From positions 101,804,001 to 101,868,000 of the forward strand of contig OZ024745.1 in NCBI GenBank assembly GCA_964016885.1: a stretch of 64,000 nt of DNA, given 5' to 3'. Position 1 is the stretch's first letter. Every line of letters begins with the position of its first letter. This document shows positions 24,212 to 37,270 of this stretch, piece by piece. The notes under the pieces are model-generated. The model did not search any database. It worked only from the letters and a program-made list of their open reading frames with translations, and was not told where the DNA came from. Made by a program: the position numbers and the translations under genes. The DNA comes from Eledone cirrhosa. Its lineage: Eukaryota.

Positions 24212-25710
24212 TCCAACCCTTGCAAGTAGGGGAAAGCGGACGTAAAATGATGATGATGATGATGATGATGATATAGACAATGAACTGAATCATAGAGTTG
24301 CACTTTACCACAGGCATCTTGCTGTGTGTGTCAGCATCAGTGATTTACGCATTTAACACTTACTTAACTTGTAGCTATGAAAGTTACACTTAAGCTGTAT
24401 ATGTACCTGGCTCACTGCTGTGCCTTTTTCTAGATTATGCTGTCAAAGGTAGTAATGGAATTATTACACTCGGTTTACAGAATAACTTCACAGCAGTGGA
24501 AACTATCATACGAGACTCTACCTATGTATATGTCTTTTTTTTTTTCTCTCTGTGTGTATGTATGTGAATGTAAATAAAAAGTAGATTGATTCTCTGTCTA
24601 TTTCAATGAAGAGTGTTCTAGTTGTTTGTTCAACTGAACTATCGAATCATTGAATTAATGCATAAGCAATATCACAATGAAAAGTGAGTCTAGCATTCTT
24701 TTGGTAGAGGGGAAGCAGTGATGCATTGGTTTATTGCATTGTCTTTTTTTGTGTGTGTGGGGATCATGTGTCACTTTGTGTAGCATAAAAGCTAGCTGTG
24801 CCATGCCACTGAATATACTTTTCATGAAATCTTCAGTTACAGTTAGTATAACACTGTGTATGGCAAAGCTGTTAATTTATGAAAAGGATCAGGACCAATG
24901 TGAGGTTCTGAAACTACAATAAAGGTAACTCATCTCAGAAAGCAGTAACTTCAAATAAAAACTACACAGAGGAGACATGGACTCTCTAAGCTGTAGTGAA
25001 GGCAATAACTCTCAATAAAAGTTACAGTGTAGAGCTTTCACTTGTGTTGTTGGCACAATAAGATGCACCCAGTCCATGCTGTAAAACGGTTGGTGATAGG
25101 AAGGGCATCCAGCCAATAAATCCATGCCTAAACTATGAATCGACAAACAGGCAAACATGGACATAACCACTATCAGACATATACGTGGCCATCCCAGTTT
25201 TGAAATAATGTATTACTCTATTTTCAAAGGAACATTAGATAATGCTATATCCGTTAATGAATCTCTCTCTCTCTCTGTTGTGGAGATGTAACCGATAGAT
25301 AGTACTAGCAACTGGAAAGACCAACGAAAATGTTGTTTCCTCGGTCTGATTTGACGATAGTCGATTGAGATATACATATATATATATATAATCATCATCA
25401 TCATCATCATCATCATTTAACCTCTGCCCAGGTCTTTCTTGGTCTACCTCTACTTCCTTTCACTAGTATTTCCTGTCACTTCTTCACCCAACAATCATTG
25501 TTCATGCACAACACAATATATAAAGACCTGGACAGAGGTGGTGAAAGCTGACTTCAAATCATCTAGACTCACAGAGCTGATGACAAAGAATAGCAACATG
25601 TGGAGAGATGCCATGCTGTGAAGAATTCAGCCAACCCATGCAAGCGTGGAGAAGCGGACATAAACACGATGATGATGATGATATTAGATGTATTGTTTTT
25701 ATATTTGCAG

Positions 25711-25860
25711 ACAATCTTGTTCAGTGTTGAAGAAGAGATACTGGAGGCTGTGTCCAGGAACGATGATGCATATGAAGGTGAAACTCTTGAAGATATTAGC
25801 TGGGAGGATGAGATTGGCAACCAGCGTCCCACCACTGCAGCACAGGCCAATGAAGAACAG
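25711..25860 (+). CDS. KATNIP: KATNIP internal exon D
   Basis: tttgcag|ACA...GAACAG|gtaaaa; 150 nt. TILFSVEEEILEAVSRNDDAYEGETLEDISWEDEIGNQRPTTAAQANEEQ (human TILFTTDDDILEAI...RPSTA). Confidence 0.93.
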
Positions 25861-25914
25861 GTAAAAATATTTGTAGAATTATTTATGAATATTTTGTTTA
25901 TGATCATGGTAAAT

Positions 25915-27839
25915 GTTCATCTAGCTTTGACTCAACAAGATACCTACGTCTCTTTGCCAGACACGTAGCAAAGACTTTACCAGGGACACTTAACAAGGAT
26001 ATCCCTTTATAATTGGAACAATCTCTCTTGTCTCTCTTTTTGAAAATTGGGATGATCTCTTTGATTGCCATTGTGTAAGTGTTGTTTCTGAGATCCAGGC
26101 CACCCAACACACTCGAGTCAACCAGAGAATACCTTCTCTATTTAAGTTTTTTAACATCTTGAGCTGAATTTCATCCTCTTCTCTGGGCTTGTCACATTTG
26201 AGCTCTTTAACTGTACTTGTTATCTCAGCCCCAGAGAGATTAGTCATTGCTCCCAGATGCACCTTGTGTACATCAAAATATACTGTTGTGACTGTGTTTA
26301 GGAGATCAACAAAGTATTCTCTCCACCTCATGAGATTGCACCTTTCTGGAGAGAGGAGAACACCAGATGTGTTCTTGATAGTAGGGGTAGAGGAGGACTT
26401 CTTACAAAGTCAGCATGTGGTCTGTCAGAACACTTTATTTGCTGACCTGAAGTCAGGTTCCAGCTTAAGTCCAAAGTGTTCACATGTCTTAACTTTGGAC
26501 ATCTTTACTGTCTCTGTTGCAACTTTTCATGCCTGCTAGTACTGCAAGTGTAAGAAGGGGGACTTATTTCTAAGCCAAGCTTTGTAATCACCCTTCTTTG
26601 TTTGGGTGGCATATTTGACCACTTGTTTGAATAAAAGAGTCCTCCAACCACCCAGTCCCACACCAAGCTGCTTTCACCTGCAAAATGTTAACTGCTGAAG
26701 TAGAAACTGCCGAGTTGAAGAATCCCCACTCCGTTTCAACATCCTCAGTTTGTTCATGGAATTCTCTAAATTTGGATGCAGTAGTATCCGGAAACCTGTT
26801 CCTGACTTCTCTATCTGCCAGTGCTTCCCACTTTATTATGTAGTTTCCGGTTGCAGATAACTAGAGCAGTGTGGTTTTCACCCCGGACACAGCACAGCTG
26901 ACCAAATATTTACACTGAGGAAGGTCTTTGAGAAATTGTGGAAGTATTCTTGTTTCATAGAGCTTGAAAAGGCATATCATTGCATTCCACAGTACTTGTT
27001 GATCAATGGACAGCTTCTTGCTGGCCTGCTGTCTCTAGTATTTGCTTTCAGATAAAACCTTTCAATATGGGTGTCACCTCTCCTGTTCATAATCTTCATG
27101 GACAGGATTGACATGCACAACCAGGCTGGAAGTGATAATGATATAGATCTCCATGCACTTCATAGGTTTGATGCTGAGTGCTGCACAGCAGGAATGAAAA
27201 TCAGTGCTGTGAAGGCTGAGACACTCATCCTCTCAAGGATGCCTGCACAGTGCAGTCATATGAGTGGACATTTACTGAAGCAGGGAGGGAAGTTCAAGTA
27301 TCTCGGGGCCGTGTTCACAAGTGATCGAAGGCAAGAGGCTGAATTAAATACAAGAATTGTAGGACATGGTGCTGTAATATGCCAACTTCGGAAGTGGGGA
27401 GATAGGTGTAAAAGCCAAACTCGCTATCTTCAATTCAGTATTCATGAATCTTGGGTAATGCCCAAAAAGATACGATTACAAATACAAGCAACTGGAATGG
27501 GGTTCCTCTGAAGTGTTTTTTGGGTAGCTTTACTCAATAGAGTACATAGCTTGGAGATTAGAGAGTCACTCTAAGTAGAACCACTACGGCTCTGATATAT
27601 TGGGCATGTGGTTAGAATGTTTCAAGAAAGTATTGCTGAAAAGCTTTTCTGGGCAAAAACCAACCAGTAAGAGACCTAGGTGTAGATCCCAAGCAAAATG
27701 TTTGGATAACATCCATGAGCTCGCTTGTTCTAACTAGATCAATTGGAGATGGTTGCTTCGGACATATCCCACTGGAAGGCATGCTTTATGACTCTGCCCC
27801 ACGACTCTCCCAGGAATATGTGATCAAAGAAGAAGATAT
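25915..27839 (+). mobile_element. RTE LINE with inverted 5' segment (25915 to about 26860 on minus; about 26862-27839 on plus)
   Basis: The minus part ends ...SLLSVPGKVF...VESKLDEH and the plus part starts EQCGFHPGHSTADQIFTL; (GAA)n tail; candidate TSD TGGTAAAT. Confidence 0.88.
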
Positions 27840-28206
27840 TGGTAAATAAATAAATTTTACCATTATTGTTATTGTTCAATTCTGGTCAGTCTTCATCCAG
27901 CAATAATATGATGAAAGGCATTCAAGCTATGTCTATTATTAAACCTAGTCTATTTCGAAATATTATGTTCCTTTCTCTTTACAAGCTGTGATTTAAGGGA
28001 AATTTGACTACCATTTCTAGCAGGTTGAACAACCTCATAATAGTTCTAATTAAATATCTTTTAATTATAACATTACCCCTTACAAACATTGACTTTGTGA
28101 TTGATTAGTCAAAAGAAAATGTTGTTAAGAGTGCTGAGTTTATTAAAACTGTTGAGTGTCAGATTAAATGCATTACAGAATTTACTAATGCACTTTTCCC
28201 TCTTAA

Positions 28207-28415
28207 CACTTTAGCACTTGAACCAGCCATATCCGGCCAGAATTATCTCACTTTTTTCTGTTCAAACCGGCTGTAACTGGGCGCTCATACTTATGTTAAG
28301 ATATTGTTCTCAAAATAAATAAATATCAGAATCTCATAGATTCAATATTATGTGAGATAAAGTGTTTACCATGAAAAAACAATAGTAAATATAGAGTAAT
28401 GTAAATGCTAAAGGG
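28207..28415 (+). mobile_element. piggyBac-type MITE family A
   Basis: TTAA flanks; homologous to 12123-12330. Confidence 0.88.
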
Positions 28416-29031
28416 TTAATATTCTCTACAACACATCTGTGAAAAAGTTTGAACTGTATAAAATAACGCTAATGTTTATATGCATTTTTTTAAATGTTTT
28501 AATGTAAGGGAGAAAACTTCAAGTGCTTTTGTTATTTTCATAATGAACATTAATTTACATAGATTTAGTGATATCACTAAATTTCTAATTATTTGTTGTT
28601 TGGAACATAACTTCACAAAGATTCTTTAATAAAACTTGAATTTCCTTTTCTTGTTAATTAAACAGTACATGTGTTAGTAAATGATGGACTAAATTCTTGA
28701 AGGCAATGCTCCATCATGGCCATAGTTAAATGGGTGAAACCAATAAAAGTATAAAGCAAACATCGTTAAACACAACTGTAATCATTATCATTGTTGTTTT
28801 TATTATTGTCAATGTCATCTTTATCATAGCTGTCTTCTCTGACAGTTGGGCATTCCATACTTGTGTTTTCAATTTTGTTAATATTTTCTAATACTCATAT
28901 AATAATTATTTTGCACATTGGTCTTTTGTGATATTTAAATATTTCGCTACATCTTTTCCTCCAATAAATCTATTTCTAAAACAGTAATATAACTGTATCA
29001 CATTGTTTTGTTTTATCTGTGTAATTCTAAG

Positions 29032-29143
29032 GATCGTCCCTTCACTCGAGCTTGTGGCAATACTGCTGATCTACAAGACCACATGTCAACATTAGATCTT
29101 TTGGATTCCCTTGATCAACATTCTTCAGTTTTAAAAGGAAAAT
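29032..29143 (+). CDS. KATNIP: KATNIP internal exon E
   Basis: ttctaag|GAT...AAAT|gtaagt; 112 nt ending in phase 1. DRPFTRACGNTADLQDHMSTLDLLDSLDQHSSVLKGK (human ERPFTQAG). Phase is compatible with exons D and F. Confidence 0.88.
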
Positions 29144-29356
29144 GTAAGTAGAAAATGTTTTATTTTCACTCTACATATCACAATTTACACAACAGTGTTG
29201 GATGCTGCAGGAATCTTAGACTTTTTCCTAGTCTTCCCACTCTCTTACACTGCCAACTTATCATGCTAAAAGATTTGTACCTACTTTAAACTTGTTACCA
29301 TACATCTTATGAAAGACTCTGCCTATAATTTTCAAGTAATTTTGAAAATAATTAAT

Positions 29357-29580
29357 TCTATGGGCATGTGGTTAGAATGTCTCAGGAAAGAATTGCTGGA
29401 CAGATTTTATGGGCAAAACTAACCAGTAAGAGACCCAGGGATAGACCCCCGAGCAAGATGGTTGGTTAACATCTATGAGCTTGGCTGGTGATGCTTGCTT
29501 CCAACAGGACCTGCTGGAAGGTGTGTTTGAGGACTCTACCCACACGACCCTCTCAGGAATAAGTGGGTGAAGAAGAAGAG
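29357..29580 (+). mobile_element. Short 3' fragment of the same RTE family as 27600-27839
   Basis: TGGGCATGTGGTTAGAATG...CAGGAATAAG..GAAGAAGAAG; nested in a MITE family B copy. Confidence 0.85.
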
Positions 29581-30924
29581 AGAGAGAGAGAGAGATATCA
29601 ATAATTTGCAGGGGTTTAGTGATATCTCTAAATTTCTAATTTAATTGTTGTTTGGAACAGAGAGACTTGCATAAAACATTTGATGGAAGATTTTAGAACT
29701 CTTTAAAATAAACAGCTAAGTTTCATAGAACCAGTGATGGTTTCAGGTGGTTTGGTATAAAAACAGGATTAATGATGTATGGAAGGTATCTAGATATATT
29801 AGTATTGGTATATTGATGATGAATTCGTTGTGTTTGTGAAAGATAGACTCAGAGATGTGGCAGGGTCATTATATATTTTTTGCAGTATGGTACTCAGCCT
29901 CTTAGTTTAAAGGAGCAGAACAGAAAATGTAATGGTGATAGGGAAAATGTATATAAAACACAATATGTATGTCAACCAAGGTAGTGCAATGTTAAATAGA
30001 AGTCTGCTAATCAGTCATATGGCTTTTTAGAGGGATGTCATTTTAAAAGCTTGCGTGTACGTTTTTAGCTCCAGGTGAGGTCTAATTTAGCTGATGCTTG
30101 ATCATCCAATCTTTTTATTATATTTAAGACAACTTTTTCTAACATCTTTTTTTTTATAGATAATCAGGTGTTATTTGCGGGAGACTTGGCTGCTTTTACT
30201 AGTAAGTCAAATGATTGCTTAAAGGCAGCTTCATTGGCTCATGTCTATAGTAGCTTCTTTGTCCTAGTTGAAAATAGTACTAGAATGGAGATCTGACCTG
30301 ATCTTGAAGAAGGTCAACTGCTGTACAAACCTGGGGTATTTTCTGAAATTCAGTTTTGGCTATACATGAAAAGTCATCATGAAAAGTCACTCGAGATTGT
30401 AGGACCTAGTATTTGTAAAGGTAGTGAACATTTTAGTTTTATGTTGTTTCTGGATCAGCAAGGTGTAGTATTGTAGGTATGTAGTGACAACAGCATCTTA
30501 ATGTTGTCAAATCCTCCTTGGAAGACATTTTTGGTATCTTTATTCATGGAAGTGGTACATGTGGATGAAGCCTTTTTTAGAAGGGCTTCCAAATACTTTG
30601 TCCAATCTTAGAAATACATTGCTCTAGATCAGAGTTGAGGAACTGTTTGAATCTGGAGAGCCATTCTTGGCTTTAAAATGAAAAACAATAATGAGACAAT
30701 TGGAGACACATAATTTATTATAAACTAAAACACGCACAAAAACCCATTAATTTAAGTAACTTTTTTCTTACTTAATGTGATATTTGGCTTTGAATCTTAT
30801 CTGAAATTGCTTCAATGTCCAGGTTATAAGTCTCAGCTTTGATTTTAATGCAATATTGCAGATTTGATGAAATAAAAAAAATTCAGTACACTTAAGAGCT
30901 CCTCGAGATAAATTAAAGAGCTGA

Positions 30925-31030
30925 AATTTCCCAACCCTTGCTCTAGAACTAACCCTCAACCAACAATTCCCTAACCCTTGCTCTAGAACTAACCCTTAGC
31001 CTACAATTTGCCAACCCTTGCTCTAGAACA
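30925..31030 (+). repeat. 40-bp tandem repeat, about 2.5 copies
   Basis: AACCCTTGCTCTAGAAC at 30933, 30973 and 31013. Confidence 0.9.
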
Positions 31031-32782
31031 TTCCCAACAGAAGTTCAACCTTCAGAAGTTCAATTTAAATATCAACTATCTCAACCTCACTAGTTTTAGA
31101 AGGTGGTTAAAGGCTATATGTAGTGTTTCTCTTTTTTTCACAATCTAATAAAAGATAAAACTTAAACAATAATAGCTATATGTAATAAACATAGCTGAAA
31201 GAAACGCAATAACCAAATTAAAAAAATTTCAGAAATCTTTCTGCTTCTTACTGTTTCTTCTTCTCCTCACTATTTTACTTCTCTCATATTAATTGAAACA
31301 TTACTTCTTCCATTTGTGCCGATTATATCAGAATATTTACTCCTGATAGATATTTTTTGCTTTGTTTGTTTATTTAAATGTTTTCATTGCCTTAATATTT
31401 CTATTATAATATTGATTTCTTTTTCATTTCTTTCAAATCATTTAGCAAATTATTTTCTCCCTGTTAACCTTGTCTCATCCTATTTGGCTCATCATCAATA
31501 ATTTCCTTATTTAAATTACTTGTTTGTCTTAATTGTTTTTAGTTTCATCTTTAGTTCTGTGAGAGTAAGGGGGAGTTTACCAAATAGGTGCCATTCCGTC
31601 TGATTGATTATTTTACTTTTATTTATTGTTTTGTTTTTTTTTGTTTTTTTTTTGTTTTTTTATTCTCCTAAAATTGAAAAATACTTTGATGTAAACTTTG
31701 GTAAATAAATTGAAAATAAAATGAAAATCATTTAATAATGCTCTCTGAAGAAAATAAATTACCTCTTCAGTAAAAATTTGATCATTTAATGATTTGTATG
31801 TAGACAGAAATTGGGTGAAGAAAAACACATTTACTGAACTGCACATTATGGTCTAAGCATGAGTGAACGCATTGGCTTTTATTTTGTTCAGTTTTTTGGC
31901 AAATATAGTCGCAGACATACACAGAAGCACACATTTTTAGAAAATTGAATAATGGTACGAAATATAATGGCACTAAATAAAATCATTTACGTTCTACTCT
32001 GCATCAAAATGTTTTAGAGAGGAAAAAGAAATATTCATAATGATTGGGGGGAAAAAAAGAAAAGTAAAATTAATAAGGGAATAAGAGAAAAATTACATTT
32101 CGGTGACTTGATTTGAACAGAAAGACTGTAAATTACTGTAATGTTCAGACGAAAACCTCTAATGAGATTCATTTGTGTGTGTGTGTATGTCTTCTGATTT
32201 TTTGGTTATTTTTTTGCTTTTTCTGAATTTGTTCTACTATAGATAAAGTAAGTTGTATATTTATGTTCTCTTTTTAATTTATTTCCAATCAGTAATACTG
32301 TGTAGAAGAGAGATAAGTGTTCAATTTTGGAAAAAATCATTAGGGAATAAAACGAAGAGAAACATCAGAAAAAAAATAATGAATATTTGCAAAAAAAAAA
32401 AAATGTTTTAATAGATAACAACAAAGTTAAAATCTAGCAGCAATTGTAGAATTAAACAATATTTATCAATATTATTACACTCTTCTAGTGAAATGTGTCA
32501 TTTAAAGATTATATTACAAATGTTTGTGTGTGTGTGTGTGTGTGTTAAAATAGGCATTGTCTCTTAAATTTTGAAACTAAATACCATCTATTCATAACTG
32601 AATAAATTCAAGATAATTACAAACCACCGAGGGAGTATTTATGGAATTTGATTTGCTAGAGATACCAGCCAAATGTTCCTCAAATTGTACCTTATGAAAG
32701 ACAAATTAGGTACTTGGAAAAAAATCATGAAAAAAAAAACAGGATGTGTAACTGAATTTGGCAAAGGGTTATACTTATTTGT

Positions 32783-33168
32783 ATCATCATCATCATCATT
32801 TTACGTCCGCTTTTCCCTGCTTGCAAGGGTGGAACGGGAACTGATTCTGGCTTGATTTCTACAGCTGGATGCTCTTCCTAACACCAACCTCATTTACAGT
32901 GAGTGCTGGGTGCTTTTTTTCCATGGCGCCTACACGTTCACTTTACAGTGTGGGCTGGGTGCTTTTTTGCCATGGCACCTCCATGACCACTTTGCAGTGG
33001 AATGATAGGGACCCCAGTCCTATCATCTCATTTCTACAGCTGAGTAAACTGGAGCAATGTGAAACAAAGTGTCTTGCTCAAGGAAACAACACATCACCCT
33101 GTCTGAGAATTGAACTCACAACCTTTCGATTGCAAGACCAGTGCTCTAACCACTAAGCCATGTGCCTC
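32783..33168 (-). mobile_element. tRNA-derived SINE family 1
   Basis: Reverse complement of the 2491 and 41063 copies, with an extra internal repeat unit. Confidence 0.9.
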
Positions 33169-34414
33169 ACAAAACAAAAGTTGCCCTTGCTAGCTTAGGT
33201 AATTTGAAGATTTCAATGTTGTCAAGGTAATTGAAAAAAATATTGGTTTAGTTTTGGTTAAGGGTTTGTGTCCAATGACTTCACAGGCCCCTGGAGCCAT
33301 TGAAATTGAGACAGTTAATGTATTTTTACAACTGGGTACCATTTCTCTTGACAGTTGTTAAATTGTGAAGCAGAATCAGTTGTCAACTAGACAGACAAAC
33401 TGAAGTTGGCACAGTTGTTATTTAATCAAAGATCAACTCTGATTAAAGTGACCTTATAATGCAAAGTGTTCTGATTATGACTATCCAGTTTTTTTGTTTT
33501 TTTTGTATTTGTAGAACTGCATTGTTCAATGTGTCTTTCCTTTCCTGATAGGAAATGTGGGTCTATTACCAGTTGAAATAGGGCCTACATTTTACATCTG
33601 GCTTGGACTTATTACCATATGTTGCAGGGCCTTACATTTCACAACTAGACTGAGGCTATCACCAGGTTGTACAGATACAAACATGAGCCCAAAGAACGAC
33701 AATAATATAACATTTTGAAATTAAAATCCTGTGGGTATATAGTCTATCTTCTTGAACTGCAAAGTCTCAAAGTTTGTACTTAGCTATGGGTTAAGTAGAT
33801 GAAAGGTGCCAGTGTCTTGATAAATAGGCAGACTACCATAAGTAACATTTCCAGATTCATAGCTTTTCCATATATTTGAGTAAACTGTGGTTCATCGAGT
33901 ACTTTGAGACCCAATAAATGCCACAGATGTATGTTCATGTTACATGAGGTCATAGTTTAACACTATATTCATCACTGTTTAACATCCATTTTTTCATGCG
34001 AGCATGGGTTAGATGAGTTGTCTCGTTGTGAGACAAGATCAGATGACTATATCTTTTCTCACACAGAACTGTTTCTGGCTTGGTTTCTACAGCTGGATGC
34101 CCTTCCTAAAACCAACCTCATTTACAGTAATGACTGGGTGCTTTTTATCATGGCACTAAAATGGCCAACTGACATGTTGGACTGGGTGCTCTTTCACCAG
34201 CATGAGCGCCTTATATGGTGGACTAGGAGTTTTTATTGTCACTAATATGACAGCCTTACAGAGTTGGTTGGGAGTTATTAGCAGACTTGGAGCATGTACT
34301 ACTTTCCATGTTTGTATGTAGGGGTTGAGCATAATCAGAGAGGTTCCATAGGAGTGTGTATGGTGGGGAGCTGAGAGAATATGCTAGTTGGACCTGGAAT
34401 GGGTGAGGTGAGTG

Positions 34415-34610
34415 TGATATTTAGTTGGTGAAGGCAGGAGTATTAAGACTAGGGAAAGTAGAAGGTAGGAAGGAGGGAGTATGCAGGCTGGATGTGTGTG
34501 GAGGTGGGGTATTTAGTTGGTGAAGGTGAGGATATTAAGACTAGGGAAGGGAGGTGAGTAGGGTATTTCGTTGGTGAGGGCGAGGATATCAAGACTAGGA
34601 AAGGTGAATG
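34415..34610 (+). repeat. Three diverged copies of a G-rich unit of about 40 bp
   Basis: TATTTAGTTGGTGAAGG..AGGATATTAAGACTAGG repeated. Confidence 0.75.
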
Positions 34611-35384
34611 GAGAAGGGGTAGGGAAATGCTAGTTGCAGGCTATTGTCCTCTACATGTTGTTTCATCCTGTACATATGGGAAGTTTTTTTTTTGGGGGGG
34701 GGGGTCGTCTGCAGCACAGCATAATGCCAGAGAACTTGATCCTGAGTCATCTCCTTTGAGAGGTTTAATCATTTTTATATATTATGATTTGTGTTTGTTT
34801 GTGTGTGTGTAAGAATATATGTGAAGTTTGGAATTTATATTGAATAGAACCAAATGATATAATCAAAGCAGTTTAATCCCACCACGACTAAGCTAAAATA
34901 CATTTTTAGGCATATGGTGTAAATTAGGATTCATCTCCATTTTCAAATAAAACATTTTGTTCTAACTAGTATTTTTGTATATTGTTTGTTAATATAACTT
35001 TTCCTTGTTTTTACTATCCAGATCCATACTTCTGTACATTAAAAAATGTTATTTTATTTTAAAAATCATCACGGGAAATGGTTTTTCTTGCAAGTACAAT
35101 CCACTAACACCAGTTTTATCTCAAATATTTCATTTTGTTGTATGCAAACTTTTCCTCTGAGACAATGTTATTGGAACAGATTATCATATTTAAAAGAAAT
35201 GCACATACACACTCACACACACACACACTTTCATACAAATACACACGATTATATATATATATGCGTATATATATACACACACACACATGTGTGTGTTTGT
35301 GTATATATATATACGCATATATATATAATCTGTGTGTATTTGTATGAAAGCATGTGTATGTATGCATATATATATATATAAATA

Positions 35385-36221
35385 TATATTATCATAAATT
35401 ATGTCTACAGAATTATTAGATAAACAAAATATATACTCCATTTCCTCTGCCAAACAGCACAATCAACCATATAAAAAATCAATTATACTAAGCCATAAGG
35501 ATAAAAGCTCCTATGAAGAAATCTCCGACAAACAAACGAAAGTGGGTACTTCGCGTTATCCACAGCAGGTTATTTATCCAACATTTCGACAGCATGCATA
35601 AATCGACCAAGTACATAATTAACCATATGCCATTCGGTGTAAAATCAAACATAGAAGAACTGTGTACATACCGTAACTATCTCTACCATGGTTTCATCCG
35701 TATTTTTAGATATCCTATTAATAGGAAATCCATTGAGTTCGGAATCATCAGGAGATAAACTCAAAAATAGACACTTAGTATTCCAAGCCGATCGCGCCAA
35801 AATTGGATTAAAAATGGCTAAGAATCACACTATGGCCGTGGTCAAGTTGGAACGAATGTGATTGGCTGTTGACGGCGTGTAGGCCTCTCGCTCGAAAGCG
35901 CAGCCAAATATCGCCAAATTTAATCTCAACCTTACGGGAGATTATTAAATATAGAGATTTACATATACATAAATTTATATATGTTACAACCAGTCACTTT
36001 TTAGCTCTATGAAGAATTAATAAATTAAATACTCAGAGCAATATATTATTATAAATCATGTCTACAGAATTATTAGATAAACAAAATATTTTGTTTATCT
36101 AATAATTCTGTAGACATGATTTATAATAATATAGTGCTCTGAGTATTTAATTTATTAATTCTTCATAGAGCTAAAAAGTGACTGGTTGTAACATATATAA
36201 ATTTATGTATATGTAAATCTC

Positions 36222-36235
<14 letters not shown>
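35385..36235 (-). mobile_element. Non-autonomous Penelope-type element: 657-nt unit with terminal redundancy and a 282-bp palindrome
   Basis: ATGTCTACAGAATTATTAGATAAACAAAATAT at 35401 and 36058; palindrome 35947-36228; TA tracts on both sides. Confidence 0.85.
35678..35757 (-). ncRNA. Type I hammerhead ribozyme with extended stem II
   Basis: TATCTC CTGATGA T TCCG[internal loop + TCCTAT/ATAGGA hairpin]CGGA T GAAA CCATGG TA^GAGATA; 6-bp stem I; stem III is the palindrome ACCATGGT. Confidence 0.88.
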
Positions 36236-36251
<16 letters not shown>

Positions 36252-36253
<2 letters not shown>

Positions 36254-36830
36254 TGTTATACTTTGGGAGGGTCATGTTGCCAATAAGAAACACACGCACC
36301 AGTTGCTTTCACTTCAATTTATTATATATTTATAAATTTATAAATTTCTGGTTGGTTGGTTGGTTCCACAACCAGATAGTTGTTTATATATATAGTCATA
36401 GTTCTTTCGTCACACACTCTGTGACCTCTTCAGTGACTGAGGATTCCTTTCTTTGTTTCTGTGCCTCTCCTTTGTTCTGTCCTACGCCATTTTGTTTCCG
36501 TGTGTGTGTTGTGTGCTCAGTCTGCGCATGCGCCACATCCGGGTGTCTGTGTGTGTTTATGTTCATTTATTTATTTGTTTATTTACATGTTACTGGTTGG
36601 TTGTTTGTTCTATGTGTGTGTGTGTTTTCATTTTGTCCTTAATTGTAAGTTGTGATGTTGCTGTTCCACTCATATTTTCTATTTAATTTTGGTTGTAATT
36701 CTTTTATGTTTATTGCCTCTGTAATTTGTCTAAACATTGCGTCTTTTCTGTGTGTAGATTCTATTTTTATTTCTATGTTCTCTAATTTACCCTTGTGTAA
36801 TCTGATACTATCAGGGAAGTGGCCTCATTC
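36252..36830 (-). mobile_element. Penelope-type terminal repeat, copy 1
   Basis: About 420 bp nearly identical to 58263-58682 in inverse orientation; starts at a TA tract. Confidence 0.85.
36394..36438 (-). ncRNA. Minimal hammerhead ribozyme
   Basis: AGTCA CTGAAGA G GTCAC AGAGTGT GTGAC GAAA GAAC TA^TGACT. Confidence 0.78.
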
Positions 36831-36834
36831 GATA

Positions 36835-37270
36835 TGTCAAAGAGGGCGGAAGTTCTATAAGGTACACATAGTGTAGTCTATGGATGCACAGTAGTGGGAT
36901 TACAGGTAACTTGACAGAGAAAATATACTTTGTGTACAGTGGATGTATGGGAAACGTAAGCACTAGAAGCACATGTGAGATAGATTCCCTCAATTGTCGA
37001 GGAGGTTCTGTAGACGGTGTTGAAGGATTTTGTTGCTTGGATGACTTCGCTGGCAGCATGGTGGGAGCATGGTAGGTGGAGTTAGAATAGGCTGGAAGAA
37101 GTTTATGGAGCGAGTATTTCTGACAATAGGGGCCTTCTCTCACAGAGTGAGGAGTAGACTATATGATGTTTGCATGTGAGCAGCAATGCTGCTTGGAATT
37201 GAGACACAGACCTCACCTGCAGAGGATCTGGGAGGGCTGGGGGAAAGTGGAACAAATGTATTCTTCAGTC
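36835..37270 (+). mobile_element. Decayed RTE LINE fragment
   Basis: GKWP.SICQRG...SGITGNL...DSLNCRGGSVDGVEGFCCLDD; homologous to 18950-19420. Confidence 0.75.

Noticed and set aside
30925-31030. Interstitial telomeric repeat
   Set aside because: Only isolated CTAACCCT motifs inside a 40-bp unit, not a (TTAGGG)n array.
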